Shown: one piece after another, positions 63,963 through 64,000 of the stretch | How the letters are laid out: each line of letters begins with the position of its first letter | Numbering within the stretch: the first letter of the stretch is position 1 | Assembly (NCBI RefSeq): GCF_003918875.1 | Contig: NW_025767270.1 | Location: forward strand, 434,001-498,000 | DNA: 64,000 nucleotides | From: Haliotis rubra | Taxonomy: Eukaryota | Direction: 5' to 3' | The notes under the pieces: model-generated | Seen by the model: the letters and a program-made list of their open reading frames with translations, nothing else | Told to the model about the DNA's origin: nothing | Databases searched by the model: none | Program-made: the position numbers and the translations under genes

Positions 63963-64000
63963 ATTTAATTAGTAACGTCTCATTCTCTTTCAGTTGCGGC

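Larger units (their letters stand above)
43249..63993 (+). other. Next intron of the receptor gene (phase 1); 3' end tentative
   Basis: Donor GTAAGC at 43249. No TM6/TM7 coding sequence was recognised downstream. Candidate acceptor ctcattctctttcag ends at 63993. Confidence 0.45.

Overview
Eukaryotic (animal) genomic DNA, not prokaryotic. The repeat families suggest a mollusc, possibly a gastropod such as abalone (inference from recalled SINE domains). The window holds the 5' part of one plus-strand gene for a class A neuropeptide GPCR of the orexin/allatotropin receptor family. Coding exon A (3336-3713, N-terminus to TM3) is followed by a 39.2-kb phase-0 intron and exon B (42891-43248, TM3 to ICL3). 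A phase-1 intron then runs to about the window end, with a candidate acceptor at 63993. The rest is intron or flank filled with mobile DNA. Short retroelements: family A (tRNA-Asp-like head), family B (no tRNA head, a strongly base-paired 5' domain) and family C (tRNA head plus Meta-like core), which share related 3' tails, plus a 5S/Deu-like SINE with an L2 tail. Other elements: a truncated L2 LINE, a Penelope-type hammerhead ribozyme in an inverted repeat, Tc1, hAT and MITE DNA elements, several minisatellites and one assembly gap. The most interesting items are the putative double-pseudoknot RNA head of family B, the hammerhead, an apparent ectopic template-switch between two family B copies, and unusual ligand-pocket residues in the receptor. 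I found no clear novel protein-coding system. All calls are by eye with no database searches.
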